Shown piece after piece: positions 11,116-21,385 of a stretch of DNA of 64,000 nt. Source of the stretch: Anaeromyxobacteraceae bacterium (lineage in GTDB: Bacteria > Myxococcota > Myxococcia > Myxococcales > Anaeromyxobacteraceae); assembly GCA_032654565.1 (NCBI GenBank), contig JAULAX010000017.1, positions 256,001 to 320,000 of the forward strand, given 5' to 3'. How positions within the stretch are numbered: position 1 is the stretch's first letter; every line of letters starts with the position of its first letter. Made by a program: the position numbers and the translations under genes. Under the pieces are notes generated by a model, which saw nothing but the letters and a program-made list of their open reading frames with translations, was not told the DNA's origin and ran no database searches.

Positions 11116-12645
11116 ATGAACCGTGACGAGCAGATCGAAGCCGAGCTGGCCAGGGTGCGGCGCGGCGGCGCCGAGCGTTACCACCAGAAGAACCGCGAGC
11201 AGGGCAAGCTCTTCGTCCGCGAGCGGCTCGACCTGCTCCTCGACGCCGGCTCCTTCGTGGAGGACGCCGCCCTGGCCAACGCCCTCGATCCCGAGCTGCC
11301 CGCCGACGGGGTGGTCACCGGCCTGGGGACCATCGACGGCCGGCCGGTGGCGGTGATGGCCAACGACTCGACGGTCAAGGCCGGCTCCTGGGGGGCCCGC
11401 ACCGTCGAGAAGATCCTGCGCATCCAGGAGGTGGCGGCGGCGCAGCGGCTGCCGCTCTTCTACCTGGTCGACTCGGCCGGCGCCCGCATCACCGACCAGG
11501 TGGAGATGTTCCCGGGGCGGCGCGGCGCCGGGCGCATCTTCCTCAACGAGGTCCAGCTCTCCGGCCGGGTGCCGCAGATCTGCCTGCTCTTCGGCCCCTC
11601 GGCGGCCGGGGGCGCCTACATCCCGGCCTTCTGCGACATCGTGGTGATGGTCGAGGGCAACGCCTCGATGTACCTCGGCTCGCCGCGCATGGCCGAGATG
11701 GTGATCGGCGAGAAGGTGACGCTGGAGGAGCTGGGCGGGGCGCGGATGCACTGCTCGGTCTCCGGGTGCGGCGACTTCCTGGTCAAGACCGAGCAGGAGG
11801 CGCTGGCGCTGGCGCGGCGCTGGTTCTCCTACTTCCCGCGCAGCCACCGCGAGCTGGCCCCGGCGGCGCCGCCCCGGCCGCCCCGGGCCGGGGTGCGGAC
11901 CCTGGAGGAGATCATCCCCGGCGACCAGAACCGCCCCTTCGACATGACCGAGCTGATCGAGGCGGTGGTCGACGAGGGGAGCTTCCTGGAGGTCAAGAAG
12001 CTCTGGGCCGGCGAGCTGGTGACCGGGCTGGCCCGCCTCGACGGCCGGGTGGTGGGGGTGGTGGCCAACCAGCCCAAGGTCAAGGGCGGCGTGCTCTTCG
12101 TCGACTCGGCCGACAAGGCGGCCCGCTTCATCTGGCTCTGCGACGCCTTCAACATCCCGCTGCTCTACCTCTCCGACGTCCCCGGCTTCATGATCGGCAC
12201 CAAGGTGGAGCGGGCCGGCATCATCCGCGCCGGGGCCAAGATGATCAGCGCCGTCTCCGAGGCCACGGTGCCGCGCATCTGCGTGGTGGTCCGCAAGGCC
12301 TACGGCGCCGGGCTCTACGCCATGGACGGCCCGGGCTTCGCCCCGTCGGCCACCCTGGCGCTCCCCGAGGCCATGATCGCGGTGATGGGTCCGGAGGCGG
12401 CGGTCAACGCCGTCTACTTCAACAAGATCCAGGAGAAGCCGGAGGCGGAGCGGCCGGCCTACGTCACGGCGCTGCGCGACGAGTACAAGAAGGACATCGA
12501 CCTGCTCAAGCTGGCCAGCGAGCTGGTGGTCGACGCCGTGGTGCCGGGGCGCGGGCTGCGCGAGGAGCTGTCGCGCCGCTACCGGCTCTACGCCTCGGGG
12601 TACGAGCCGGGGCTGCAGCGCAAGCGCGGCGTCACCCCGGTCTAG
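11116..12645 (+). CDS. Acyl-CoA carboxylase carboxyltransferase subunit (LiuB/YngE-like)
   Basis: LVDSAGARI, GPSAAGGAYIPA, LGGARMH, DVPGFMIG, RKAYGAG; AAGGAG RBS. Confidence 0.93.
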   Translation: MNRDEQIEAELARVRRGGAERYHQKNREQGKLFVRERLDLLLDAGSFVEDAALANALDPELPADGVVTGLGTIDGRPVAVMANDSTVKAGSWGARTVEKILRIQEVAAAQRLPLFYLVDSAGARITDQVEMFPGRRGAGRIFLNEVQLSGRVPQICLLFGPSAAGGAYIPAFCDIVVMVEGNASMYLGSPRMAEMVIGEKVTLEELGGARMHCSVSGCGDFLVKTEQEALALARRWFSYFPRSHRELAPAAPPRPPRAGVRTLEEIIPGDQNRPFDMTELIEAVVDEGSFLEVKKLWAGELVTGLARLDGRVVGVVANQPKVKGGVLFVDSADKAARFIWLCDAFNIPLLYLSDVPGFMIGTKVERAGIIRAGAKMISAVSEATVPRICVVVRKAYGAGLYAMDGPGFAPSATLALPEAMIAVMGPEAAVNAVYFNKIQEKPEAERPAYVTALRDEYKKDIDLLKLASELVVDAVVPGRGLREELSRRYRLYASGYEPGLQRKRGVTPV

Positions 12646-12654
12646 GAGATCACC

Positions 12655-13809
12655 ATGGACTTCGTGCTGCCCGAGGAGTTGGTCGAGATCCAGCGCACCG
12701 TGCGCGAGCTGTGCCAGGCCGAGGTGGCCCCCCACGCCCGGGCCTGGGACAAGAGCGGCGACTTCCCCTGGGCGGTGGTCAAGCACCTGGGCGAGCTGGG
12801 GCTGATGGGAATCGCCGTGCCCGAGGCCTACGGCGGCGCCGGGCTGGGGGCCATGGCCACCTCGGTCGTGATCGAGGAGATCGCCCGCTGGGACGGCTCC
12901 CTGGCCCTCACCGTGGCCAGCCACAACGGGCTGGGGCAGGGGCACATCCTCAAGTTCGGCACCGAGGCCCAGAAGCAGCGCTGGATCCCGCCGCTGGCGC
13001 GCGGCGAGAAGCTGGCGGCCTGGGGGCTCACCGAGCCGGGCAGCGGCTCGGACGCCTCCGGCCTGACCTCCACCGCGGTCCGCAAGGGCGGCCGCTGGGT
13101 GCTCAACGGCGCCAAGACCTTCATCACCCAGGGGACGGTGGGCGATACCTTCCTGGTGCTGGCGCTCACCGACCCGGCCCGCAAGCAGCACGGCATCACC
13201 GCCTTCGTGGTCGAGAAGGGGACCCCAGGCTTCACCCAGCGGAAGATCCACGACAAGCTGGGGATGCGCTCCTCCGACACCGCCGAGCTGCACCTCGAGG
13301 ACGTCGAGGTGAGCGACGACCACCGCATCGGCGAGCTGCACCAGGGGTTCATCAACACCCTGCAGATCCTCGACCGCGGCCGCATCACCATCGGGGCGCT
13401 CGCGGTGGGGCTGGGGCGGGGAGCGCTGGAGGAGGCGCGCCGCTACGCCCTGGAGCGGAAGACCTTCGGCAAGCCCATCGCCGAGCACCAGGCCATCTCC
13501 TTCATGCTGGCCGACATGGCCACCGAGATCGACGCGGCCCGGCTGCTGGTGCGGCGGGCGGCGGCCCTCTGCGACGCCGGCCAGCGCTTCAGCCGCGAGG
13601 CGGCCATGGGGAAGCTCTTCGCCAGCGAGGCGGCCATGCGGGCCACCAGCAAGGCCATCCAGATCCACGGCGGCTACGGCTATACTCAGGACTTCCCGGT
13701 GGAGCGCTACTTCCGGGACGCCAAGCTCTGCGAGATCGGCGAGGGGACCAGCGAGGTCCAGCGGATGGTGATCGGCCGCGACCTGCTGGCTCGCGGTGTG
13801 CTGGCCTAG
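12655..13809 (+). CDS. Acyl-CoA dehydrogenase (LiuA/YngJ-like)
   Basis: LTEPGSGSDA, LNGAKTFIT, QIHGGYGY, EIGEGTSEVQR. Confidence 0.95.
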   Translation: MDFVLPEELVEIQRTVRELCQAEVAPHARAWDKSGDFPWAVVKHLGELGLMGIAVPEAYGGAGLGAMATSVVIEEIARWDGSLALTVASHNGLGQGHILKFGTEAQKQRWIPPLARGEKLAAWGLTEPGSGSDASGLTSTAVRKGGRWVLNGAKTFITQGTVGDTFLVLALTDPARKQHGITAFVVEKGTPGFTQRKIHDKLGMRSSDTAELHLEDVEVSDDHRIGELHQGFINTLQILDRGRITIGALAVGLGRGALEEARRYALERKTFGKPIAEHQAISFMLADMATEIDAARLLVRRAAALCDAGQRFSREAAMGKLFASEAAMRATSKAIQIHGGYGYTQDFPVERYFRDAKLCEIGEGTSEVQRMVIGRDLLARGVLA

Positions 13810-13835
13810 GGGCGCGCCGGAGCGGACCAGACGAC

Positions 13836-15164
13836 ATGGGTGAAGGCGAACACACCATCATCGGGCGCATCGCCCGCGAGCGGCTCAACCAGATCGCCTC
13901 GCGCAAGCTCTCCACGCTGGGGGTGCCGGTGCGGCTGGCGTCGGACCGCGAGACCCTGGAGGGCGAGCTGGGCTTCACCGGCCGGGTCATCCACCCGCTC
14001 ACCGGGCAGCCGGTGGCCCGGGCCCGCTTCGTGGTCTCCGGCCACGACCGGCTCACCTTCCTGGAGCCGCCGCTGGCGGCGCTCGGGCCCGTCGACTTCT
14101 ACGAGCACGAGCGGCTGGTGGCCTTCGAGGTGGCCGTGGCGGCCGCGCTGGCGGCCCTCCACAGCCAGCTCGAGGACGTGGCGGCCCGGCTGCGGGCGCT
14201 CCGGCTCGAGGTGGCCATCGACGCCGAGCGGCTCCAGCTCCGGGCGGTGGTGAAGGCCCCGGGCCACGCCTTCGAGATCCTCGGTGGCGCCGACGGGGCC
14301 CGGGTCTCGCGGGTGGCGCCGGTGGGCGGGCGGCCCCAGGACGTGGCGCCGACCTTCCCGGCGCTGGACCTGCGGCAGTTCGCCAGCGGCGCCGATCTCG
14401 AGGACTTCCTCATCGCCTCGCTGCCGCAGATGGAGACCCGGCCGGCGGCCGCCGCCGCGCCGGAGCCGGAGGCGAGGGCGGCGGCCCAGCTCGAGGCCAC
14501 GCCGGCGCCGCGCAACGCCCTGACCCTGGCCCGGCTGGCCCAGGTCTTCGGCGACGACGCCATGCTGCCCCCCAACGCCATGGTGGAGCTGGTGCAGGAG
14601 TTCCAGTACGCCGGGACCCGCTACCGCTTCGTGGCCAGCCGCGAGATGGGGACCCGCTTCAAGGGGCGGCTGATCGGCCCCAGCGGCGACGTCTGGTCGG
14701 ACAAGTTCGAGCTCTCCAGCTTCACCGGGACCCGGGCGGTGGTGGCCAAGGCGCTGGGCGCCCCCCCTCCATCGCCGGCCGACAGCGGCGGCGGCGCCGT
14801 CGAGTTCCGCGGGGCCGACCCCGCCACCGGCGAGCTGCCCCAGCACCTGCAGCCCCACCCCGGGGAGGTCTGGGTGATGAACGTGGTGGTCGAGGAGGCC
14901 GGCCCCGACGAGGTCCGCTACGTCGGCACCGACATCGACGGCAAGCCCTACGGGGCCGCCCGGGTCCTGAAGCGCTCCGACTTCGAGGCGGTCTTCACCC
15001 AGGCGCGCGGCGGCTGGCGGCTGCTGATCCAGATCGACCAGGTGCTGGAGGGGGCGGTGCTCTACCGGCAGCTCGACCAGTCCCGCCAGCCCCTCGGTGC
15101 GCCGCGGAAGATGGCGGCCGCCATCCTGGTGGTCAACTTCGTGCCGGAGGCGGCGGCCTACTGA
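13836..15164 (+). CDS. Hypothetical protein, family not recognised
   Basis: Strong GC3 bias; fills the gap between two operon genes; stop overlaps the meaB start. Confidence 0.75.
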   Translation: MGEGEHTIIGRIARERLNQIASRKLSTLGVPVRLASDRETLEGELGFTGRVIHPLTGQPVARARFVVSGHDRLTFLEPPLAALGPVDFYEHERLVAFEVAVAAALAALHSQLEDVAARLRALRLEVAIDAERLQLRAVVKAPGHAFEILGGADGARVSRVAPVGGRPQDVAPTFPALDLRQFASGADLEDFLIASLPQMETRPAAAAAPEPEARAAAQLEATPAPRNALTLARLAQVFGDDAMLPPNAMVELVQEFQYAGTRYRFVASREMGTRFKGRLIGPSGDVWSDKFELSSFTGTRAVVAKALGAPPPSPADSGGGAVEFRGADPATGELPQHLQPHPGEVWVMNVVVEEAGPDEVRYVGTDIDGKPYGAARVLKRSDFEAVFTQARGGWRLLIQIDQVLEGAVLYRQLDQSRQPLGAPRKMAAAILVVNFVPEAAAY

Positions 15165-16189
15165 TGAGCACCATGGCGGACCGGATCCTCCGCGGCGAGG
15201 TGCGGGCGGCGGCCAGGCTGATGCGCGACCTGGACGATCGCTACGCCGAGGCCGAGGTCACCCTGCGGGCCCTCTTCCCCCACACCGGCAAGGCCTGGGT
15301 GATCGGCATCACCGGCTCCCCGGGCGCCGGCAAGTCGACGCTCACCGACCAGCTCATCGGCCTGCACCGGCGCGCCGGGCGCAGCGTGGGGGTGATCGCC
15401 GTCGACCCCACCAGCCCGTTCTCCGGGGGGGCCATCCTCGGCGACCGCATCCGGATGCAGGACCACGCCACCGATCCCGGGGTCTTCATCCGCTCGCTCG
15501 GGACCCGCGGCCACCTCGGCGGGCTCTCCCGCTCCACCTCCGAGCTGGTCCACGTGCTCGACGCCATGGGGAAGGACGTCATCCTGGTGGAGACGGTCGG
15601 TGTCGGCCAGGACGAGGTGGAGATCGCCTCGCTGGCCCACACCGTGGTGGTGGTGGCGGTGCCGGGGATGGGCGACGACGTCCAGGCCATCAAGGCCGGG
15701 GTGCTGGAGATCGCCGACGTCTTCTGCGTCAACAAGGCCGACCGCGACGGGGCCGACCGGACCATCCGCGACCTGCAGGGGATGCTGGAGGTGCGGCGCA
15801 TCATCCAGGCGCCGCCCGCCGACCACGACCCGCACCACCACCCGGTGGAGGGCGCCCCGGCGCCGGAGGCGGCCAACGAGCCCGACGGCGGATGGGAGCC
15901 GCCCATCGTCCGCACCGTGGCGGTGACCGGGGAGGGGATGGAGGACCTGGCCGCGGCCACGCAGCGCCACCTCTCCTGGATGGAGGCCAGCGGCGAGAAG
16001 CGGCGCCGTGAGATCGCCCGGGCCCGGGCCGGCTTCATCGCCCTGCTCCGGGAGCGGCTGCTGGCCGGCGCCCTGGGCCGGCTGGAGGCCGAGCTGGGGC
16101 GGCTCGACGTGGTCTCGGCCCGCATCGCCGACCGCCAGGCCGATCCCTACGCCCTGGCCGCCGAGCTGGCGGCCCGGCTGCACGCCTGA
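15164..16189 (+). CDS. meaB: Methylmalonyl-CoA mutase-associated GTPase
   Basis: GITGSPGAGKST, AVDPTSPFSGGAILGDRIRM, VETVGVGQDE, VNKAD. Confidence 0.95.
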   Translation: MSTMADRILRGEVRAAARLMRDLDDRYAEAEVTLRALFPHTGKAWVIGITGSPGAGKSTLTDQLIGLHRRAGRSVGVIAVDPTSPFSGGAILGDRIRMQDHATDPGVFIRSLGTRGHLGGLSRSTSELVHVLDAMGKDVILVETVGVGQDEVEIASLAHTVVVVAVPGMGDDVQAIKAGVLEIADVFCVNKADRDGADRTIRDLQGMLEVRRIIQAPPADHDPHHHPVEGAPAPEAANEPDGGWEPPIVRTVAVTGEGMEDLAAATQRHLSWMEASGEKRRREIARARAGFIALLRERLLAGALGRLEAELGRLDVVSARIADRQADPYALAAELAARLHA

Positions 16190-16194
16190 GCGCC

Positions 16195-16938
16195 ATGGAG
16201 CCGGACGCCACCACCGGGCTCTCGCCCGCCGAGCGCGAGCTGGTCGCCGCGGTGGAGCAGCGCTGCGGGGTGGCCTTCCGGGCGCCGCGCACGGCGCTGG
16301 CCGCCCTCACCCACCGCTCCTACGTCAACGAGCACCCCGGCGAGCCGCTCGAGGACAACGAGCGGCTGGAGTTCCTCGGCGACGCCGTCATCGATCTCGC
16401 CATCTCCCACCGGCTCATGGAGCGCTTCCCGGCGGCGCGGGAGGGGGAGCTCTCCAAGCTGCGGGCGGCGGTGGTGGACGAGCCGGGGCTGGCCTCGCTG
16501 GCCCGGGCCTTCGGGGTCGGCCCGCTGCTGCGGCTGGGGCGCGGCGAGGAGCTGACCGGCGGCCGCGACAAGCCGTCGCTGCTGGCCGACGCCATGGAGG
16601 CGGTGGTGGCCGCCGTCTACCTGGAGGGCGGGCTGGGGGCGGTGCTGGCGCTGGTCGACCGCTACCTCGGCGAGACCTTCGACCGGGCCAGCGCCGGGAC
16701 CCTCGACCGCGACTACAAGACGCAGCTGCAGGAGCTGGCCCAGGCCCGGCTCCGGGTCGGGCCCCGCTACCGGGTGGTGGCCGAGACCGGACCGGACCAC
16801 GCCAAGCTCTTCGACGTGGAGGTGGAGCTGCGCGGCGAGGTGGTGGGGCGGGCCACCGGCCGCTCCAAGAAGGACGCCGAGCAGGGGGCGGCCCGGCTGG
16901 CGCTCGAGGTGCTTGCCGCGTCGCCGGGTGACCGTTAG
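16195..16938 (+). CDS. rnc: Ribonuclease III
   Basis: ALTHRS, NERLEFLGDAV; dsRBD DYKTQLQE...GRSKKDAEQ. Confidence 0.98.
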   Translation: MEPDATTGLSPAERELVAAVEQRCGVAFRAPRTALAALTHRSYVNEHPGEPLEDNERLEFLGDAVIDLAISHRLMERFPAAREGELSKLRAAVVDEPGLASLARAFGVGPLLRLGRGEELTGGRDKPSLLADAMEAVVAAVYLEGGLGAVLALVDRYLGETFDRASAGTLDRDYKTQLQELAQARLRVGPRYRVVAETGPDHAKLFDVEVELRGEVVGRATGRSKKDAEQGAARLALEVLAASPGDR

Positions 16939-16948
16939 CATCCCGCGC

Positions 16949-17596
<648 letters not shown>

Positions 17597-17607
17597 CAGG
17601 AGCCACC

Positions 17608-18114
17608 ATGGCCGACCAGCTGCACGCCACCTTCAAGACCTCCCTCGGAGACCTCGTCATCCGTCTCCTCCCCGAGAAGGCCCCCAAGACCGTGGAGAAC
17701 TTCCTCGGCCTGGCCGAGGGGACCAAGGAGTGGACCCACCCCGGCACTGGCAAGAAGTCGAAGACCCCGCTCTACGACGGCACCCTGTTCCACCGGGTCA
17801 TCCCGGAGTTCATGATCCAGGGGGGCGATCCCACCGCCACCGGCACCGGCGGCCCCGGCTACCGGTTCGAGGACGAGATCGGGCCCGACAACCGCTTCGA
17901 CAAGCCCGGCCTGCTGGCCATGGCCAACTCCGGCCCCAACACCAACGGCTGCCAGTTCTTCATCACCGAGGTGCCGACCCCGCACCTCAACCGCGGCCAC
18001 ACCATCTTCGGCGAGGTGGTCAAGGGCGGCGAGCTGGTCTTCAAGATCGGCCGCGCCGGCAACAAGAAGGTCACCCTGGAGAAGGTGACCATCACCCGCG
18101 GCGCCCTGCCGTAG
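17608..18114 (+). CDS. Cyclophilin-type peptidyl-prolyl isomerase, cytoplasmic
   Basis: FHRVIPEFMIQGGDP, AMANSGPNTNGCQFFI; AGGAG RBS; no signal peptide. Confidence 0.95.
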   Translation: MADQLHATFKTSLGDLVIRLLPEKAPKTVENFLGLAEGTKEWTHPGTGKKSKTPLYDGTLFHRVIPEFMIQGGDPTATGTGGPGYRFEDEIGPDNRFDKPGLLAMANSGPNTNGCQFFITEVPTPHLNRGHTIFGEVVKGGELVFKIGRAGNKKVTLEKVTITRGALP

Positions 18115-18201
18115 CGTCGCCCGCCGCCTCAGGACCAGGCCGGCCCGGCCGGGCACCCCCCCGGGGGCGCCTCGCCGGGCCGCCGCGTGCTAGAGAGGGG
18201 C

Positions 18202-19131
18202 GTGACCAGGAAGAAACCACCGTTCCGCGCCGGGTTCGTGGCCCTCATCGGCCGGCCCAACGTCGGCAAGTCGACGCTGCTCAACCGGCTGCTCGGCGAG
18301 CACATCGCCATCGTCTCCCCGCGGCCGCAGACCACCCGGACCCGCATCCTCGGCATCGTCAACGGCGAGGACTACCAGCTGGCCTTCTTCGACACCCCCG
18401 GGGTGCACCAGGCCAAGGGAGCGCTCAACCGGCGCATGGTCGAGGTGGCCCTCACCACGCTCCACGAGGTGGACGCGGTGCTGATGATGATCGAGGCCGG
18501 CACCGGGCCGGGCGGGCGGGTGGAGATCGGCGAGGGGACCCGCGCCGTCATCGCCGAGGTGGCCCGCAGCGGCAAGCCGGCGGTGCTCGGCATCAACAAG
18601 GCCGACCGGGCCCCGCGGGAGACGCTGCTGCCGGTGATCGAGGCCTACAAGGACCTGCACCGCTGGGCCGCCATCGTCCCGTTCTCGGCCAAGACCGGCG
18701 ACAACGTCGACGACCTGGTGGCGACGCTGGTCGAGACCCTGCCCGGGAGCGAGGCGCCGCTCTTCCCCGCCGACCAGCTCACCGACCAGGCCGAGCGGCA
18801 GCTGGCGGCCGAGTACGTCCGCGAGCAGATCATGCTGAAGACCCGGCAGGAGCTCCCCTACTCGGCGGCCGTCGAGGTGGAGGAGTTCGACGAGTCGGGG
18901 CGGCGCGAGGACGGCGGCCTGATCCGCATCTCGGCCCTGATCCGCGTCGAGCGGGACTCGCAGAAGGCCATCATCATCGGCAAGAAGGGTTCGATGCTGA
19001 AGGAGATCGGCACCGCCGCCCGCCTGCGGCTGGAGCGGCTGCTGGGGGCCAAGGTCTTCCTGGCCCTCACCGTCAAGGTGGACGAGCGCTGGACCGAGAA
19101 GGACGCCGCGGTCCGGAGGCTGGTCACGTGA
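18202..19131 (+). CDS. era: GTPase Era
   Basis: GRPNVGKSTLLN, QTTR, DTPG, NKAD; KH domain QKAIIIGKKG. Confidence 0.97.
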   Translation: MTRKKPPFRAGFVALIGRPNVGKSTLLNRLLGEHIAIVSPRPQTTRTRILGIVNGEDYQLAFFDTPGVHQAKGALNRRMVEVALTTLHEVDAVLMMIEAGTGPGGRVEIGEGTRAVIAEVARSGKPAVLGINKADRAPRETLLPVIEAYKDLHRWAAIVPFSAKTGDNVDDLVATLVETLPGSEAPLFPADQLTDQAERQLAAEYVREQIMLKTRQELPYSAAVEVEEFDESGRREDGGLIRISALIRVERDSQKAIIIGKKGSMLKEIGTAARLRLERLLGAKVFLALTVKVDERWTEKDAAVRRLVT

Positions 19132-20540
19132 GCCCGCGCCCGGTCATCGCCCTGGTGGGGCGCCCCAACGTCGGCAAGTCCACGCTCTTCAACCGGCTGG
19201 TGGGTCGCCGGGTGGCCATCGTCCAGGACCTCCCCGGGGTGACCCGCGACCGCAACTACGCCGACCTGGTCTGGGAGGGGCGGGCCCTCTCCCTGGTCGA
19301 CACCGGCGGCTTCGAGCCGGAGTCGCGCGATCGTCTCATGTCGCAGGTCCGCCAGCAGGCCCAGCTGGCCACCGAGGAGGCGGCCGCGGTGGTGCTGGTG
19401 GTCGACGGCCGCGAGGGGCTGACCAACGTCGATCGCGCCGTGGCCGACCTGCTGCGCCGCTCCCGCAAGCCCTTCTTCGTCGCCGTCAACAAGGTCGACA
19501 CCTCCAAGACCGAGGGCGAGATCCCGCTGGCCGAGTTCTACGAGCTGGGCTTCGGCGAGGTCTTCCCGGTCTCGGCCGAGCACGGCCGCGGCACCGACGA
19601 GCTGCTGGAGGCCATCGTCGCGGCCCTGGGCATCCAGCCGGCCCCGCCGCCGCCGGAGTTCGAGCCCTTCGCCGAGGAGGAGGACGAGCCCGAGGAGGTC
19701 AGCGAGGACCAGCGCCCCACCGGCGACATCCGCATCGCCATCGTCGGGCGCCCCAACGTGGGCAAGTCCACCTTCGTCAACTCGTTGCTGGGCAAGGAGC
19801 GCTTCGTCGTCTCCGACATCCCCGGCACCACCCGCGACGCCATCGACTCGCTGGTGGTCCACGGCGACCGGCGCTTCGTGGTCACCGACACCGCCGGCAT
19901 CCGCCGCAAGGCCACCATCTCCACCACCGTGGAGAGCTACTCGGTGGTCCGCTCCATGAAGGCCATGGACGACGCCGAGGTGGTGGCGGTGATGCTCGAC
20001 GCCACCGAGGCCGGCGTGGATCAGGACGCCAAGCTGCTGGCCCTGGTGCTGGAGAAGGCCAAGGCGCTGGTGGTGGTGGTCAACAAGTGGGACATCGCCG
20101 AGAAGGAGGGGGCCACCCAGGACTGGTACCGCCAGGAGCTGGGCAAGCGGCTCCCCTTCGTGGCCTTCGCCCCCATGGTCTTCGTCTCGGCCAAGGTCGG
20201 GACCGGCGTCGGCAAGGTGCTGGAGAAGGCCGCCCTGCTGGTCGAGCAGTACCGGGCCCGCTTCCCCACCCCGCAGCTCAACGAGCTGCTGGAGCGGGTG
20301 CAGGAGGAGCACCCGGCCCCGTCGTCGGGGGGGCGCCCGGTGAAGCTCTTCTACATCGCCCAGGTGGCCTACGCCCCGCCCACCTTCGTCATCAACTGCG
20401 GCCGGCCCGAGGCCATCGGCGACAGCTACCGGCGCTACGTGGAGAACCGCTTCCGCCAGGCCTTCGGCCTGGAGGTGCCCATGCGGCTGGTCTTCCGAGA
20501 GCGGAAGCGGCGCAAGCGGCCGCGCCAGAAGAAGGAATGA
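19128..20540 (+). CDS. der: Ribosome biogenesis GTPase Der (EngA)
   Basis: Two GRPNVGKST G-domains, GVTRDR, GTTRD, PPTFV; GTG start overlaps the era stop. Confidence 0.97.
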   Translation: MSPRPVIALVGRPNVGKSTLFNRLVGRRVAIVQDLPGVTRDRNYADLVWEGRALSLVDTGGFEPESRDRLMSQVRQQAQLATEEAAAVVLVVDGREGLTNVDRAVADLLRRSRKPFFVAVNKVDTSKTEGEIPLAEFYELGFGEVFPVSAEHGRGTDELLEAIVAALGIQPAPPPPEFEPFAEEEDEPEEVSEDQRPTGDIRIAIVGRPNVGKSTFVNSLLGKERFVVSDIPGTTRDAIDSLVVHGDRRFVVTDTAGIRRKATISTTVESYSVVRSMKAMDDAEVVAVMLDATEAGVDQDAKLLALVLEKAKALVVVVNKWDIAEKEGATQDWYRQELGKRLPFVAFAPMVFVSAKVGTGVGKVLEKAALLVEQYRARFPTPQLNELLERVQEEHPAPSSGGRPVKLFYIAQVAYAPPTFVINCGRPEAIGDSYRRYVENRFRQAFGLEVPMRLVFRERKRRKRPRQKKE

Positions 20541-20579
20541 GGGCGCTCCGGACCGGGTTTCCACCGGGGCCGCTTCCGC

Positions 20580-20608
20580 TTGACGCTGGCGGGGCTCCCA
20601 CCTAGATT
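20580..20608 (+). promoter_or_regulatory. Sigma70-type promoter of the yfgM-bamB-like genes
   Basis: TTGACG (20580-20585), 17-nt spacer, TAGATT (20603-20608). Confidence 0.6.
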
Positions 20609-20656
20609 ACCGCGACTTTTCCAATGCTTGGGCGAGTCGAGCCCCTGAGAGGCCAC

Positions 20657-21385
20657 ATGTCGAAGAGCGCCGAGCTGAGCCGCAAGGAGATCAAGCAGCC
20701 CGACCAGTTCCAGGTCGTGGCCGGTGAGGCCGCGTCCTGGCTCGGCGGTCACCGCCGCCAGTCGGTGCTGGCCGGCGGCGCGCTGGTGGTGGTGCTGGTG
20801 GGCGCCCTGGCCTTCATGGCCGTCCGCGAGCGGCGCAGCGCCGGGGCCGCGGCGCTCCTCTCCCAGGTCTACCGGGCCGCCGGCGGCGAGCTCAGCGCCG
20901 TGCCGCTCCCCGGCGTCCCCGGGCCGTTCTTCGCCAGCGACGCGGCCCGGCAGAAGGCCGTGGCCCAGGCGGCCGACACGCTGCTCGCCGAGTACCCCGG
21001 GACCTCGCAGGCGGCGCTGGGGGCGCTGGCCAAGGGCGACGCCCACCTCCGCCTCGGCGAGTTCGACGCCGCCGCCGCCGCCTACCAGCTCTACCTGTCG
21101 TCGGCCCGGCGCACCGACTCCTTCCGCTTCTCGGCGCTGGAGGGGCTGGCGCTCGCCGCCGAGGGGAAGGGTGACACCGCCGGGGCGCTGGCCGGCTGGA
21201 CCCGGTTCGGCGCCGAGGTGGCCGCGCAGGCCGACCGGGCCGACCTGGAGCGGGCCCGGCTGCTGGCCGGCTCCGGCAAGGCCGACGAGGCGCGCGCCCT
21301 GCTGGCCTCGTTCGGCGACGCCCACAAGGGCTCGCAGCTGACCGGCGAGGCCGCCGAGCGGCTGGCCCGGCTGGGCGGCCGCTAG
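20657..21385 (+). CDS. YfgM-like membrane-anchored TPR protein
   Basis: SRKEIKQPDQF N-terminus, one TM helix, YPGT..A.L TPR-like helices; adjacent to der and a BamB-like gene. Confidence 0.75.
   Translation: MSKSAELSRKEIKQPDQFQVVAGEAASWLGGHRRQSVLAGGALVVVLVGALAFMAVRERRSAGAAALLSQVYRAAGGELSAVPLPGVPGPFFASDAARQKAVAQAADTLLAEYPGTSQAALGALAKGDAHLRLGEFDAAAAAYQLYLSSARRTDSFRFSALEGLALAAEGKGDTAGALAGWTRFGAEVAAQADRADLERARLLAGSGKADEARALLASFGDAHKGSQLTGEAAERLARLGGR

Noticed and set aside
10225..13668. Very long alternative-frame or antisense ORFs (e.g. 10225-13668 -, 50742-54161 +, 7974-10922 -, 60527-62872 -)
   Set aside because: Shadows of real genes caused by extreme GC3 bias; no recognisable motifs, and they fully overlap well-identified CDSs
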